Origin: Octopus vulgaris
Taxonomy: Eukaryota
Reading direction: 5' to 3'
Length of the DNA stretch: 64,000 nucleotides
Assembly: GCA_951406725.2 (NCBI GenBank)
Contig: OX597822.1
Location: 4,588,001 to 4,652,000 of the forward strand
Part shown: positions 12,984 through 27,044 of the stretch, piece after piece
How positions within the stretch are numbered: position 1 is the stretch's first letter
Layout of the letters: each line of letters starts with the position of its first letter
The notes under the pieces: model-generated
Databases searched by the model: none
Seen by the model: the letters and a program-made list of their open reading frames with translations, nothing else
What the model was told of the DNA's origin: nothing
Translations under genes and position numbers: made by a program

Positions 12984-15083
12984 TTTTATTTGAACATAAT
13001 ACTTCAAATCCAGAGAATGTCATGCTGTAAACAGGGCTTCTATGTTCTACATTAAGCTGCTTACATCGAATAAAACTCAGGATTCAAAGTTTCATATATA
13101 GATATAGATAATTATAAAGACATATGTTATAAAATTACACCATTTTCATAGATATAATCATAGGTGTATTTGATCTAGACCAATCTGGGAACTAAACAAC
13201 AGGGCTTTAATAAAGGCAAATGCTCATATATTCTAAAACAACCATGATCACACTTAAGATGGGAAAATGGATGTTAAGGAATACTATTAAGGAAAGACCC
13301 AGTTGTAAAATAATATTCTTGCTCCAAAATGTGAATAACACTTTAAAGAGCCATTCTATGTAACCTTGCAAAACATTTGACTAAAAATTTAAAATGTATT
13401 TCAAATACATTTTTATATTTCTGCTTGACTATTTCTACCTAATAAAATCGAAGTGCTGCTGACTTCCACTGTCAGAATTGGTATTTGTAACATCATTCTG
13501 CTTAACACTATCATCTGGCCATTGGGTATATTTAGTAGAATTTATTTGGATTAGGTTTTTGATTTGAACATGACTAAGTATTTGATCTGAGCATAACTAA
13601 CTGTCCTGTTTAACTGCTTCGTATTGCAGCAAATCATGAAGCATGGTTTCTTCTTCCCATTTTCATACCTGCAATCTTGGAAGCCAAAGTAAAGATCATG
13701 AAAAAGCTACCTTTTCTCCTCCCACTAAGTCATAACAATAATTGAAAAAAAAAATCTTATGTAGCTAAATTTATTTGAAGATGAGTGCTGGCTGCCTTCT
13801 CCCACTTTGAATTATTTTGGTCTCCACCCACTGTCATGCTGCCCTTAATATAATTACAAAGCATGGCTTAGATGCCGTAGGCTTTCCTTCCTAGCTCGAG
13901 CCAGCAAGGGCAGACCAAGGGGATGGTAAAAGGCCTGACTGTATGACAGTTTTATTGTTCCATGGTAGTAGGCCCTTCATCTGGGATGTCATATGCTGTT
14001 ATACCTTCTCCAGTGGTAACTTGGTGTGTTGAGCACATACTATCATTATAGTTTTAACATTCACTTTTCCATGCTTGTATGAGTTGGACAAAATTTGTTG
14101 AGGCAAATATTCTATGTCTGGATTCTCTTCTTGTTGCCAACACTCACTTGTCTCCAGACAAGGTAATATTTCCCCAGGCCCTTCTAATGTAACTGGTTCA
14201 AGAGCCAGTTATCCTTTCTCCAAAAGTTGTAAACAAATAACACTGTATGAATGGTGGCACCAATTTCAATCAGCGTGCAGACATCAAGATAAAGGAAGAT
14301 GCAAATACACACGCAAGGGGTTTCTTACAGTTTCTATCTTACTGATTCACTCCCAAATAGAAGACATCAACCAACAGTGACATGCAGTGGGAATGAACCT
14401 TAAACCATGCTGTTTCAATGTGAACTTCTTAACCACACAGCCATATGTAAACCTGAAACTGTTTAATAATGATGCTTGCGATTTGTGTCAGCATTTACAG
14501 AGAATTAAAGCACATGAAATAATGAACACTATAATATTATAGGGATTTATTTTAATTGCTCTAGAGGGATAAAAGACTAAATAATCTACCGTGATAGGAT
14601 TTAAATAGGGGAGTTCAGAAGAACAAAAGTACAGACTGCAATAAATTTATTTGGAGCTCTTCATACTTTGGTTGCACTAAATATTTGTATATTATTCTTA
14701 ATTTTTAACTATCCACAAATAATGTTCAATTCATAAGATTTATGTATCAATGGAAATTTATTTCCTAACATATTAAAATAAACAAAATGACCGTTGCCTT
14801 TAACAAACTTTGCATTCAGCTGGTGATATAATTGATCACACATTAGAAAATGGTATAAATTTATAGCTTATAATATCTTTATAAACCTCTCTTTCTCTCT
14901 TTCCATATATAGATGCATATGTACATGCGTTTGTACGAATGTATGTATGTATCTATACACACACACACACATGTGCAATTTTGACTCATGTGTATGTTTG
15001 ATCTAAGCAGCTCAATGTTGTACATAGAAACCATGTTTACAGCATGACATTCTCTGGATTTGAAGTATTATGTTCAAATAAAA
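12984..15083. repeat. Inverted duplication: arms 12984-13069 and 14998-15083 with a 50-bp perfect core
   Basis: ttttatttgaacataatacttcaaatccagagaatgtcatgctgtaaaca at 12984-13033 is the exact reverse complement of 15034-15083. Confidence 0.85.
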
Positions 15084-16220
15084 TCATTTAACAGCCAGGG
15101 AGTCCATAAAGTTGCCATAATATTGCCATGGCAGCATGGCATTCTCCACATTCAAGGCACCTTAGTTAAAATTAGAATGACATCCTCTGTTGCGAAAATG
15201 TGATTATTTTCTACTATCGTTTCAATACATTTTATTTCAGTAATTGTATTGTCAAAGTTTATTTAATTACTGATCAGACCATAATATATGAATCTCCGTC
15301 CAAAAGATGCTGTTAAAATGAGCCAATAGGGAAGCTTCTATTCTGCCACTTGAGCTGCTAAAAATGTCTCAAATTTTTTTCAAATCATACCTTACTGTTT
15401 TGATAAAAAATATTAGAACACATTGAATAAGGACATTCTATATACACAATGCCTGAAATAAAGATGATGGTTATAGCTAAGCATTAGGTCGCCTTGGTCA
15501 TGGCTGACCTTAACTAAGCAAAAATATCCTGTTTTTATACAGGGTGTTTGTGGTATAAAGATCTCTCTACCCTTTCTCATAAAACTTGTAGACACACTGA
15601 CATTGATCTTGCTTGAGTGATTTTTTTATTAAAAAAATATTACAGATGAAATTGAAATATTGAGCAATGTGGTTGTTCATAAATCATATTGACAGATTTT
15701 AAATGTCGTAGGATGAATGTTATAAAAGACATCATCTAATATAATTACCAGGTAATACTTTTAAGTATTTTAGTTTGGCCATGAGCCACATGGTTATGAA
15801 ACTCTCAACACAACCATGTGGGTTCAAGTACAATCCCACTGCATGGCACCTTGGGCAAGTGCCTTCTACTAGAGTTCTGGTCCAATTAATGCTTTGTGAG
15901 AGAATTTGATAGATGGAAAGTGTATCGAAGATCATCTTATCATCATATATATATAGTACATAGATGGGATCCAGATATTCTTCGTATAGAATACACTTAG
16001 TAGTGCTCAAGAGATTTAAACTTGTGCAGGTATAGAAGAAAATGTATGGATAAACAAATTAGACAGATCAATATATAAAATATATTGAGTACATGAAATA
16101 CAAAACATGTCTATATGCATACATATATACATTTTTAGTATTTCATGTATTTAATATACTTTATATATTGATCTGTCTAATTTGCTTATTCTTACATTTA
16201 CTTATATACATATACATACA

Positions 16221-16253
<33 letters not shown>

Positions 16254-16254
16254 C

Positions 16255-16314
<60 letters not shown>

Positions 16315-16976
16315 TATATCAGGATACTGAATCTTACAAAGGAAATGACAAAAGACTGATATATCTGGTGCCTTGCTATACTCAAGAAGATCCATTCTCC
16401 ACAGCAGAAGTGCTAATGCTGTTCCCACTGCTGAAGAGGATTGGGCTGCAAGAGCCCTGTGCTGGTGCCATGTAAAAAGCACCCAGTACACTCTGTAAAG
16501 TGGTTGGCATTAGAAAGGGCATCCAGTCAGAGAAGCCAAGCCAAATCACCAAATCTGGTACACCTCTTCTGCTTGCCAGCTCTGGTCAAACTATCCAACC
16601 CATGCCAGCATGGAAAACAGATGTCAAAGGATGATGATAATGACGATGATGATATATACGGAGTGAACTACTGTTATCTCTAGAAGATGAGTGTCCATCA
16701 TTGAGGATGACCACAAAGAGGTTGGAACCATATGGTCTGGTAGTCTCATGGCTGGAAGATGGCAGGGGATCACCCCTTGCTTGCAATATATATCAGGTGC
16801 CGATTACATCGAATAACCAGCTGGAGTAGGGGTCATCCTGAAGTTAAAATAGCAGTAATACCGATTCCTATAGAACAGCCACGTTCAAGTAGCAATAAAC
16901 ATTACTTCTTAGTACAGTAACTGCTTTCATCTCTTATAGAGATTTTCTTAACTAATTTGATATATATATATATATA

Positions 16977-17380
16977 GGCGCAGGAGTGGCTGTGTGGTAA
17001 GTAGCTTGTTTACCAACCACATGGTTCTGGGTTCAGTCCCACTGTGTGGCACCTCGGGCAAGTGACTTTTACTATAGCCTCGGGCCGACCAAAGCCTTGT
17101 GAGTGGATTTGGTAGACGGAAATTGAAAGAAGCCCGTCGTATATATGTATATATATATATGTATGTATGTGTATGTGTGTGTCTGTGTTTGTCCCCCTAG
17201 TATTGCTTGACAACCGATGCTGGTGTGTTTATGTCCCTGTTACTTAGCGGTTCGGCAAAAGAGACCGATAGAATAAGTACTGGGCTTACAAAGAATAAGT
17301 CCCAGGGTCGAGTTGCTCGACTAAAGGCGGTGCTCCAGCATGGCCGCAGTCAAATGACTGAAACAAGTAAAAGAGTAAAA

Positions 17381-17381
<1 letters not shown>
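16977..17381 (+). mobile_element. tRNA-derived SINE family B, near full length, with internal (TA)/(TG) microsatellite
   Basis: A-box-like tggctgtgtggt, B-box-like ggttcagtccc, then ccttgtgagtggatttggtagacggaa...gactgaaacaagtaaaagag. Other copies at 28243 and 59840. Confidence 0.88.
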
Positions 17382-17461
<80 letters not shown>

Positions 17462-18914
17462 TTATTTCATCTTCACCCATGTATTCTTGAAAGGGTTGTT
17501 GGGGTAGAGTCCTCAAACATGCCTTCCATTGAGCCCTGTCAGCAGCAACCATCTCCAAGTTATCTGGCTGGATCCCCAAGTGAAACCATCAGAGCTAATG
17601 GATATTTATCCACTAGTTTGTGGTTCATCCCTAGGTTTCTGTGGTTCAAAATATGAGACCTTTCTTCATCCTTGAACTGGATGCTGGTGTTTCACAGGGT
17701 TAACTCCACCACCAGCTGTTGCTAATGCTTATCCAAGTTTCTGTCGTACCATTTAAATGACTGAAAATATAAGACTGCTCCCCACCTTTGAACTGGATGC
17801 CAATGCTTCACACAGTTAACTCCATCACCAGCTGTTGTTTATACTCAAGATGAAACGAAGTACCTTGCTCAAGGACAGCTTAATCTGAGAATCAATCCCA
17901 CAACCTAACAATCATGAACCCAACACCAGAAACACTACATGCAAATGCATGCACGTGTACACATACATATGCACACACATATTTTAGGTCAAAAGTTCAC
18001 TCTTTCAACAAACCGAATTCTCATTAAATAACTGATTGAATTTGTCCATTTCTGTGCCAAGATTCCCCAGGTCTCTTGGTTGCAGTTAAAAAATTTGAAT
18101 GCTACAATGTACAAGCTTCTGATGACTTTTAAAAAAAAATCTGACTTTACTTTGAGAATTAATAATATCTCTATGGCATATTTTATTACTGTTTCATACA
18201 TGTAACCTTATACACAATATATGTATAGTCAATTTTTATATACATCATACAGTTATATGTGTCTTTAGACATCATTTGGCACAGTGTCTGTTAATTGTCT
18301 AACATTTCCCAATGCTAAAATAAGTTTTGCGAATTTGGATATCTGCAAAGAAAATGGTGCAGAATATATTTTTACATGATTTGAATTCTAACCACTGAGG
18401 TATGGCTTAGGAAAAGTACATATATTCACTTAGGTAAATTCACTTTTACTCTCTCCCTCTTTCTCTCACTTCACACTTTAATACTTTAGACTAATACTAA
18501 TGACAACTTCATTTACAAAACCAATACATAAGACTACTCCATTTTAACTTAATAGCTGTGAAGAAAATGTGGAAGTTCTACTGGAAAGTTGACTAGAACA
18601 AAACTAAGTGGCACAAAGTGTTGCAATTGTAAAAATATATTCAGAAGCAAAGACTAAGGGTCTATTAAATAGGAGTGAGGGTGGGGAGAGGGGATTTTTA
18701 TTTACCTTTTAGTCAGGAGGTAAGGCAGTGAATATGACCCTTTATAGAATTTCAAAAACTTGGGACAGAGAAAGAGAGGAATGTATCCTCAAACTGGATA
18801 TCTTAAATGCTTGTAACACAGTGCACTTTGCTTAAGGTACCCAAGGTACCAGATGGTGATGTTAAACTGGGTGACACATTAAGTCTATTTGGAAATCTCT
18901 ATCTTTAATTTCTT

Positions 18915-19700
18915 TTATCTTTTACTAATTTCAGTGTGGCCATGCTGGGGTACTGCCTTGAAGCATTTAGTCAAACAAGTTAGCCTCAGTATTTATTATT
19001 TTTGTCAAGCCTGGTATTTATTCGGTCAGTCTCTTTTTGCCAAGTCACTAAGTTATGAGGAATGTAACCAAACCAACACTAGTTGTCAAGCAACAAGGAG
19101 GCGGGGGATAACAAACACAGAAATGCATACACACACACACACACATATGGTGGGCTTCTTTCAGTATCTGTCTATCAAATCCACTCACAAGGCTTTGGTG
19201 AGCCTGGGGCCATAGTAGAAGACACTTTCCCAAGATGTCACACAGTGGGACTGAACTCAAAACCTTGTGGTTGGGAAGCAAACTTCTTACCACATAACCA
19301 CCCTCAATATCTTTTATCTTTTCCTTGTTTCAGTCACTGGACTGCTGCCATGCTGGGGCACCACCTTGAATGGTTTAGTCAAACAAATTGACCCCAGTAC
19401 TTATTTATAACTCTGATACTTGTTCTATTGACCTCTTTTGGGCAAACCACTAAGTTACATGTACATAAAAAGAAAACCCAAATTCAGTTGTCAAGCAGTG
19501 GTGGGAGACTACCATAAACACAAAGATACACATGCACAGATACACTATGGGCTTCTTTCAGTTTCCATCTACCAAATCCACTCTCAAAGCTTTGGTCGGC
19601 CCAAGGCTATAATAGAAGACACTTGCCCAATGTGACATGCAGCGGGACTGAACCGGCAACCCTGTGACTGACAAGCAAATTTCTTACCACACCTTCATGC
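18915..19700 (-). mobile_element. Two tandem SINE family B copies
   Basis: Reverse complement of the 16977 consensus. Confidence 0.8.
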
Positions 19701-21025
19701 CCCACACGTATTAAAACTATGAAGGACCAAAGATGCTTCCTGAGCGAATAGGCTCATAAAACAGTTTCCATGATTGCATGGTGTATATATCTACCCTTCC
19801 ACCCCACTGGATGAGATGCCAGTCCATTGCAGGATTGCTCACTTTTGCCAGCTGAATAGACTGGAGGAATATGAAATGAAGTTTTTGCTCAAGAACATAA
19901 CACATCGCCCAGTCCAAGAATTGAAACAACAATCTTACAACCATGAGTACAACACCTTAACCACAAGCCTCATGAATATGCAGAAAAGGAGTAAGTCTGA
20001 TCAGTCTATATTCAATCTCCTGCTCTACCACATTTTCTTTTATTGCTAGACTTTCTCTCGCTTCTTTCGCCAGCATCTATCACTCTCATTCACTATTATT
20101 CTTCCATATTGCTCTAACATTTGCTCATTCATTGTTGACATCTCACATACACACAATCTCTTTCTCTCTCTCTCTCTCTCTTTCTCCTATCCCTTTTCTC
20201 TTACTCTCTCTCCCTTCTATTACTGTTTCTTCCTCCACTGCACCACTCATGCTGTTTCTATTCAGTGTCTTTACCAATAATTGTCATGTAGCTGTCTATA
20301 ATTATCTTTCCCTCACTTCCTTTATTCCCTTCTCTGTCACCATATTACTCCTTTCATTCTGTCTCTCTTCCATTACTCCCTCTTCTAACACCTGTTTTTT
20401 TAGAAATAATTTTCCTTTCTATTAGTCTTTCACATATGAAGCTTCTATTCAATTTCTTTATTGACAACCATCATATAACTATCCCCCCTTCAAGCTCATC
20501 ATTTACTCATTCCTAACAGTCAGGTTATCTCCTGTTATTCTTATCTCACTCTTTCAGTCTATTCTTACTCAGTTGTGTAGAAAAGAAAGAAATGAACAAA
20601 AAGAGGGGGATCTTTTTGGTCTTGATGGAGATGAAACAACCTTCTGGTGCTGATTGACTTGTGGAAACGATGCATGGCAGAAGCAAGCCTCCTTAGCTTT
20701 ACTGGGCACAAGATAACATCTCAACTGCTCATGCCATCATGAAATGCACCCAGCGGCTCTGTAAAGAGATAGTTATTAGGGAAGGCACCCAACCATAGAA
20801 GCCATACTACAGACAGAATGTGCAAGCAAGATATGATCCCTATTCCATCTAGGAAGACAGTAACAAAAAAATTGACTCAGGGCATGAAGACCTGTCCAAA
20901 GTATTCATGAAGCCCAGTATGGAAAAGTGTGTGTGTGTGTGTTTGTGTATATACATATATACAAAGACAAACAGATGGATAGGCAGAGAGAAAGATGTTA
21001 ATATGTGCACTTGTGCACATATTAA

Positions 21026-21333
21026 CCCCTTACCCAACAATTATTTTGAAAATAAATGTATTTTTTCAGACATATTTTTTAATTGTTTTATTTTACTATG
21101 TTTTGAATGGTGATTTCGAGGTATATTTCAAACCTTATTTATTATGAATTTTAATTCAATAATATTGATTTTAAATTACCGCTTTGGGCAGAAACGAGTT
21201 AACCCGTTTTTAGACGAAGGAACTCGTTTGCTGTTGATTTTGGCGAGTCTATCTTTTGACGAGTTAACTCGCCAGAGATAGAAAAAAACGATTTCGGTCA
21301 AAACGCATATATTCATTTCTGCCGGGTAAGGGG
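21026..21333. mobile_element. piggyBac-type MITE with TTAA target-site duplication
   Basis: TTAA|CCCCTTACCC ... GGGTAAGGGG|TTAA. Confidence 0.75.
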
Positions 21334-21414
21334 TTAACATACATACACAAAGAAATACATATATATTCTTTTTGACAACTGGAGAAATAATAATAAAATG
21401 TCTTATTTACGTAC

Positions 21415-21574
21415 TTAGGCTGACTTTTATCAGCATTCGGGAAATTGTCGAGCCAAGTGTCAAAGACAGTTCGCTTTGAACTACTGTCAGAGCAAGGACA
21501 TGCAACAGTTTTAGTGGCATTACGAATAAGTCCCACAAGTAATGGACTTGCTGCAGCAAAGAATGTGTGGTTTC
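21415..21574 (-). CDS. Exon 6 of 8: (G)NHTFFAAASPLLVGLIRNATKTVACPCSDSSSKRTVFDTWLDNFPNADKSQP(N)
   Basis: Acceptor ttactttcAG at 21576-21575 and donor GTACGT at 21414; 160 bp, phase 1 to phase 2. Matches GCPII GNYTLRVDCTPLMYSLV...KSLYESW. Confidence 0.92.
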
Positions 21575-21957
21575 CTGAAAGTAAAGAAGATTTTCTTTAG
21601 TGCTAGGTAAAAAGATTAAATGAAATTTTTTTTTATTCAAAACAGGCAAAGCATGGGAAATGTAATAGCTTCCATACAGAGAGTTTCGTAGTTCCAATTG
21701 GTCCTATAGTCACACACACACAATTGTATGACTTACTGCCATTTTACATACAGTCCTATGTGTTACTGCAGTCTTATATACAGTTCTATGGTTTATGGAA
21801 GTTACTGTAATCTTCACTGAGAGGATGATAATCATCTTGGGCTTTCACATTAAATCAACCGACATAACACAGGACTACACAACACCAACATTAAATTATG
21901 AGATTGCTATTTTAGCACACACACACTTTTCCTTCCTCATGTACTTTCTCTTTCTTG

Positions 21958-22009
<52 letters not shown>

Positions 22010-22834
22010 GAGTAACTCATTTCACAAACATCTACCACAACAAATATCATGCACTTTTAAGTTTTTGAATGAAAAATATAAAACAAACATATTCACACAT
22101 ATGCTTTTACACACATTTATACATACATACATACATACATTATATAATATATATATATACATACACACACACACACATATATATAGACTCTGTATTTGTT
22201 TACATATACATACACATGTAACTAGTTAACAGAAATGTGACTGCATGAAAATTATGCCTTTATCAAGGGCATTAGGGGTCAGTGTTAGAAGAGTGAGATG
22301 ACAGTCCCAGATGAATAGAGATGCTGTTGTTTTGTAAGCCCAAGTCAGGTTTGCAAGAGCAGGTCAATCGAATGTTTGGGAGCAAACAAACATTGGTATA
22401 GATAGCCACGAGGAATCAAGAATATCAAACTTCAATTGGAAAAGAAGATGGAGCATTTTCACTTCTTTTTTCAATTAGATTTTACTAGAGACAGCATGGC
22501 ACCACGATGTCTGAGAGCAGCAAGAATCGTGTGAATAATTGATGAGCAGTCCGGCAGGTCAGTTCTGAATTCGTTTCCTCACATCAATGCCTTTGCTTTT
22601 ATCTTTTATTATTATTATTATCATTGTTATTACTATTATTTGTTATTATTATCAGTATTATTTGTTATTATTATTATTTATTATTATTATCAGTATTATT
22701 TGTTGTTATTATTATTATTTTTATAATTATTATTAATAATTATTATTATCACCTTTTTTTCAAATATGAAATGGAAACCAATAGTTTCTATATTAAGGCA
22801 AATGATATATATATATATATATACATACATACAT

Positions 22835-22873
<39 letters not shown>

Positions 22874-24197
22874 GCATGTATAAAGGAATATTACTAGGAC
22901 AAAAGGGTTACTACATATACTCCCTCAGCAGTGATAATTTTTTTAAAGTACATCAGTACTATGAAAAGGAAATTATAACACAATACCAATAAATAAATAT
23001 TTTTTGTTTTTACTGTTTTACATTTGTTTCCCCCCACCCAATGTTTGTTGTATGGGTGAGATGATACAATTGTTGGAGCAATTGCTTTTTACAGATTCTT
23101 ACAACTAACCACAAAAGTGGAGTGTTCTTCAATCAAGTGAGTTGTCTTATTGTGGTAAGCAAGATTTGATGCCTTGCTCAGAGGCACAACATAACACTAC
23201 TACTAGAATTTGAACTTAAAACCATTTGGTTGGTAGCTCTGACATCATAACCTTACATCTATTGAGCCTTGTAAATAACACAAATCAAATGATTGAATCT
23301 ATGGTAAGATCTGGTAAAAAAATCATTGCTGATTTGCTGTGGAATAATTCTGAAACACCATCTGTATTATAAACAATAGGTAAGTGGTTTTCAGTATATT
23401 TAAAGTTGTATGAATAGAGCTTTAAATCACTGAAGCAGAGTCAAGTATGCTGTGCTGAACAATAAACAATATAAGTTTGTAACTAATATTTTTGTTTTTA
23501 TTTTCAGCATAAATACAGGAGACAATTGCACTCATGTGTCTTTATTATTTGGGCTTCCTCAGTAAAGAATAACTACACAATAGCTTTCTGAAATGATAGT
23601 GAATGAATCTCTAAGTAAATGCACAGAAATATATATCTAATGGCAGAGAAAAATAGAATTGTTTACAAATTAGATATTTATGAGATGGCACCTGCCTGAT
23701 AAACAGTTCATTTAGAATAAGTTGTTAAGCATAATAGAGAAATAAAAAAAAATTTGACCATAGCAACTGTAAAAATTATATTTACCTATATTATAAATAT
23801 TTTTGCTCTCATTAAAAAAGAATTGTGCTATTTTGCTCTGCTTTCTCCTTATTTATAATTAGCTAATTCACTCTCTCCACCTGTTCATTCTCCCACTTTT
23901 ATCTCATTTTTAGCTTCCACCTTTTTTCACTAATTACTTCTCATTAACAACATTTATTCTTATAAACATGTTGCTCCTAAAATTCCCTTTTCATCAGCTC
24001 TTTTCTTTCTCTTCTCCCTCTTTTTCTCTCACACCTCCACTAACAACAGGTATTATAGTAAACAAACTGCTGACGTAAATCTCCCACTCACATACAGTAT
24101 TGTATATCTACTTGGTGATTTTCTTGTCATTACATCAAGTATGGTGAAGTTTATGCTTCAATGTAAAACTCATAATAAGACCGAAACATATCTAGAG

Positions 24198-24646
24198 TTG
24201 TAGCAAAGATTGTTTGCCAACATAACATAGCAGTCTTGGTTTAGGACTAATGATGCTGTAATTTAGCCCCAGGAGATGTCGTCTCCAGCTGGCTATACGA
24301 CACGATCTGTGTCCTTATATTTTCAAACAAGGGAATCTAGCACTCACACTCAGCTCAAAACAATATCTGTGTATCACGATTATTTCCCTTCATCAGTACA
24401 GAATAATTGTTCACCTCTAACTGAACAATTATTCTGTGCTGATGAAGGGAAACAACCTGGAAATGGAGATACACAGATATTGTTTTGGGCTGAGTGGGAG
24501 GTGCTAGATTCCCTTGTTTGAAAATATAAGGACACAGATCGTGTTGTATAGCCAGCTGGAGATGATGTCTCCAGAGACTAAATTACAGCATCATTAGTCC
24601 TAAACCAGGACTGCTACGTTATGTTGGCAAACAATCTTTACTACAA
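24198..24646. repeat. ~450-bp foldback element with a hammerhead-like core near its centre
   Basis: Arms of about 180 bp (24198-24376 and 24467-24646) plus an inner hairpin tttcccttcatcagtacagaataattgttca / tgaacaattattctgtgctgatgaagggaaa. Confidence 0.9.
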
Positions 24647-25939
24647 AGTACTGTTGCTGAATATCTCACGTGAGATTAAAAAATAGTAATGTCTAGAGTT
24701 TTCCTCCACATTTGCTATTTTTCCTTCATCAAGTAATTATTTTGAATTTGAATTTTTTAAAGCTTACTACATTAATTATGTAAACATTGACTTAACTAAT
24801 GAGATAATATATAATTAAACTAAAACATTGACCAATTTCTCAGTTAATAAAACTGACATTAACTGAAGTCTACTGAGGATTCTCAGACAACAACAACAGT
24901 AGCAGCATGGAACTACTCAGAGCCTCAACATGCTTCCTTGACCTGCTACAAATGTCACTCAAGTCAAACATTACTAAATATTTAAACATTTTAGATAGCT
25001 TAGTCAGTGAAGGGATAGTTAGTGTCCATTTATACTCAAACTGGAGCTCCTGTCAAAATGTTTGCAACAGAGTGGACTCACTTAAATGCACCCAATGGCC
25101 AGTGGCTGGAGTTGTTAAACAAAGCCACAATGAAGTTTACCATTCAGAGCCAAGATTAAGTCTATTATCAAAGAGTGGTAGACTTAATTAAGGATTATCA
25201 TTCAGAGGTTCCCAGATGGTTGTATTAAACAGAACCAGAATTAAATCTACCACCAGGAAAATGCATTAAAGTAGGCCAGGATTAAGTTTATCCTACTAGA
25301 GTACTGGATGATGTTAAACTGACCTGGCATTATCCAAGCAGATAGAGCCAAAGCAATTCAAAATAGTCTTAAATTAGGACACAATAGAATAATGTGACCC
25401 TTTGTAATTATATAAGTTGAAATAAAGAAGAGATGGTCAAAGCTGGAATGTTTTTGATTACAGGCCTGCTTGAGTGGGAGCTGATATGGGGCTAAACTAC
25501 AATAAAATTACATAATGCTTTTTATTTAAAATTGCTTAACTGTTATCTGTTCAATGCAATTGCAAGAGATGTCACCAAGCATTCTGGAAGTTTACAAACG
25601 TAACCTTTAAAATGATCTTCTTTTCCAGTGGTTCTAACCAAAATACATGTCCTCAAGCCATGCTATGCCAGAAACCTCTGACACCATTAACTTTGACAGG
25701 TCCTCAATTCCATGAAATGTAACTTGGTTAATAACTTCAATGTAAGTTGAGTGAATCCTCATCCTCTTTTTGAGTGAAGAGCACAATCTATAACATCTGC
25801 TACGGCCTGGTGCTCAGTATGACAACAGTAGACAGCAGAGTCTACCCAGTGTTGAGCAATTGTAGTAGAAACAGAATGTGTCCATAAACCTCTTTCTTGG
25901 TTTTGTACTCATACCATGAGATATTTCGAGTCCTGGTCT

Positions 25940-26285
25940 GAAGGCACATGGTTCAGTGGTTAGAGCATCGGGCTCACAGTCATGAAGCAGTGAGTTTGCT
26001 TCCTGGACCAGGCTCTGAGTTGTGTTCTTGAGCAAGACACTATATTTCAAGTAGCTCCAATTCACTCATCTGTAGAAGTGAGTCGCAATGTCACTGGTGC
26101 CAAGCTGTATCAGCCTTTGACTTTCCCTTGGATAAAATCGATGGCGTGGAGAAGAGAGGCTGGTATGCATGGGCAACTATTGGTCTTCCATGAACAACCT
26201 TGCTCAGATTTGTGCCTTGGAGGGTAACTTTCTAGGTGCAACCCCATTGTATTCATGACCTAAGGAGATCTTTACCCTTTACCCT
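25940..26285 (+). mobile_element. tRNA-derived SINE (family C-related)
   Basis: ggcacatggttcagtggttagagcatcgggctcac...gttgtgttcttgagcaagacac head, ending ...tttaccctttaccct. Confidence 0.7.
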
Positions 26286-26980
26286 TGAAAGGAGGTCAAG
26301 GAGGTCTGATGTATCATCATCATCATCATCATCATCATCGTTTAACGTCCGTTCTCCATGCTAGCATGGGTTGGACGGTTCGACCGGGGTTCTGGGAAGC
26401 CAGAAGGCTGCACCAGGCTCCAGTCTAATCTGGCAATGTTTCTACAGCTGGATGCCCTTCCTAATGCCAACCACTCCGTGCTATCAAAATGAACTTGAAG
26501 CTCCTTCTTTCATGGACCGGGTTTCAGCTCCTTCGAAGAATGCTCCCTACATATGCTTCAATTAGGTCATCATTGTTGACTTTGAAAATACCAGTTTTGC
26601 AGATGTTAGGAAGCTTGTTGCAGGTACTCCAGGATCGTTCCTTGCATGTCAGGAAGTCTTATTGATGCTCTTTATAATAGGTCTGCTGACAAAATGATTA
26701 AATTATTATAAAGAACAATAATCATGAGACTTTGTTAATGTAGCAATTACTTTGTGGAAGAAGAAACATGTTAGCTGTTTAAAAATACACATACACAGTT
26801 AGATTCACTGTTTGTTTTATTCCAAAAAGAAAAATAAATATAACGGTATACGTGTGTTATTATGTTGTAAATATTTCAATTTCACCACATGATATCATAT
26901 GAAATCACTTGCTTAGCAAGTACAACTGCTGTGGTTGGAAGAAGGAAAAATGCAAATCTACAAAACAAAGCCAAACTCAC

Positions 26981-27044
26981 CTCTAATCACAGCATCTAGG
27001 TTGATATAAGCTACAGCACCACTACTCAACTGTTTATTGTATTC
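26981..27044 (-). CDS. Exon 5 of 8: EYNKQLSSGAVAYINLDAVIR(G)
   Basis: Acceptor tttttcttccAG and donor GTGAGT at 26980; 64 bp, phase 0 to phase 1. Matches GCPII [22 protein letters not shown], with the zinc-ligand Asp kept. Confidence 0.93.
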
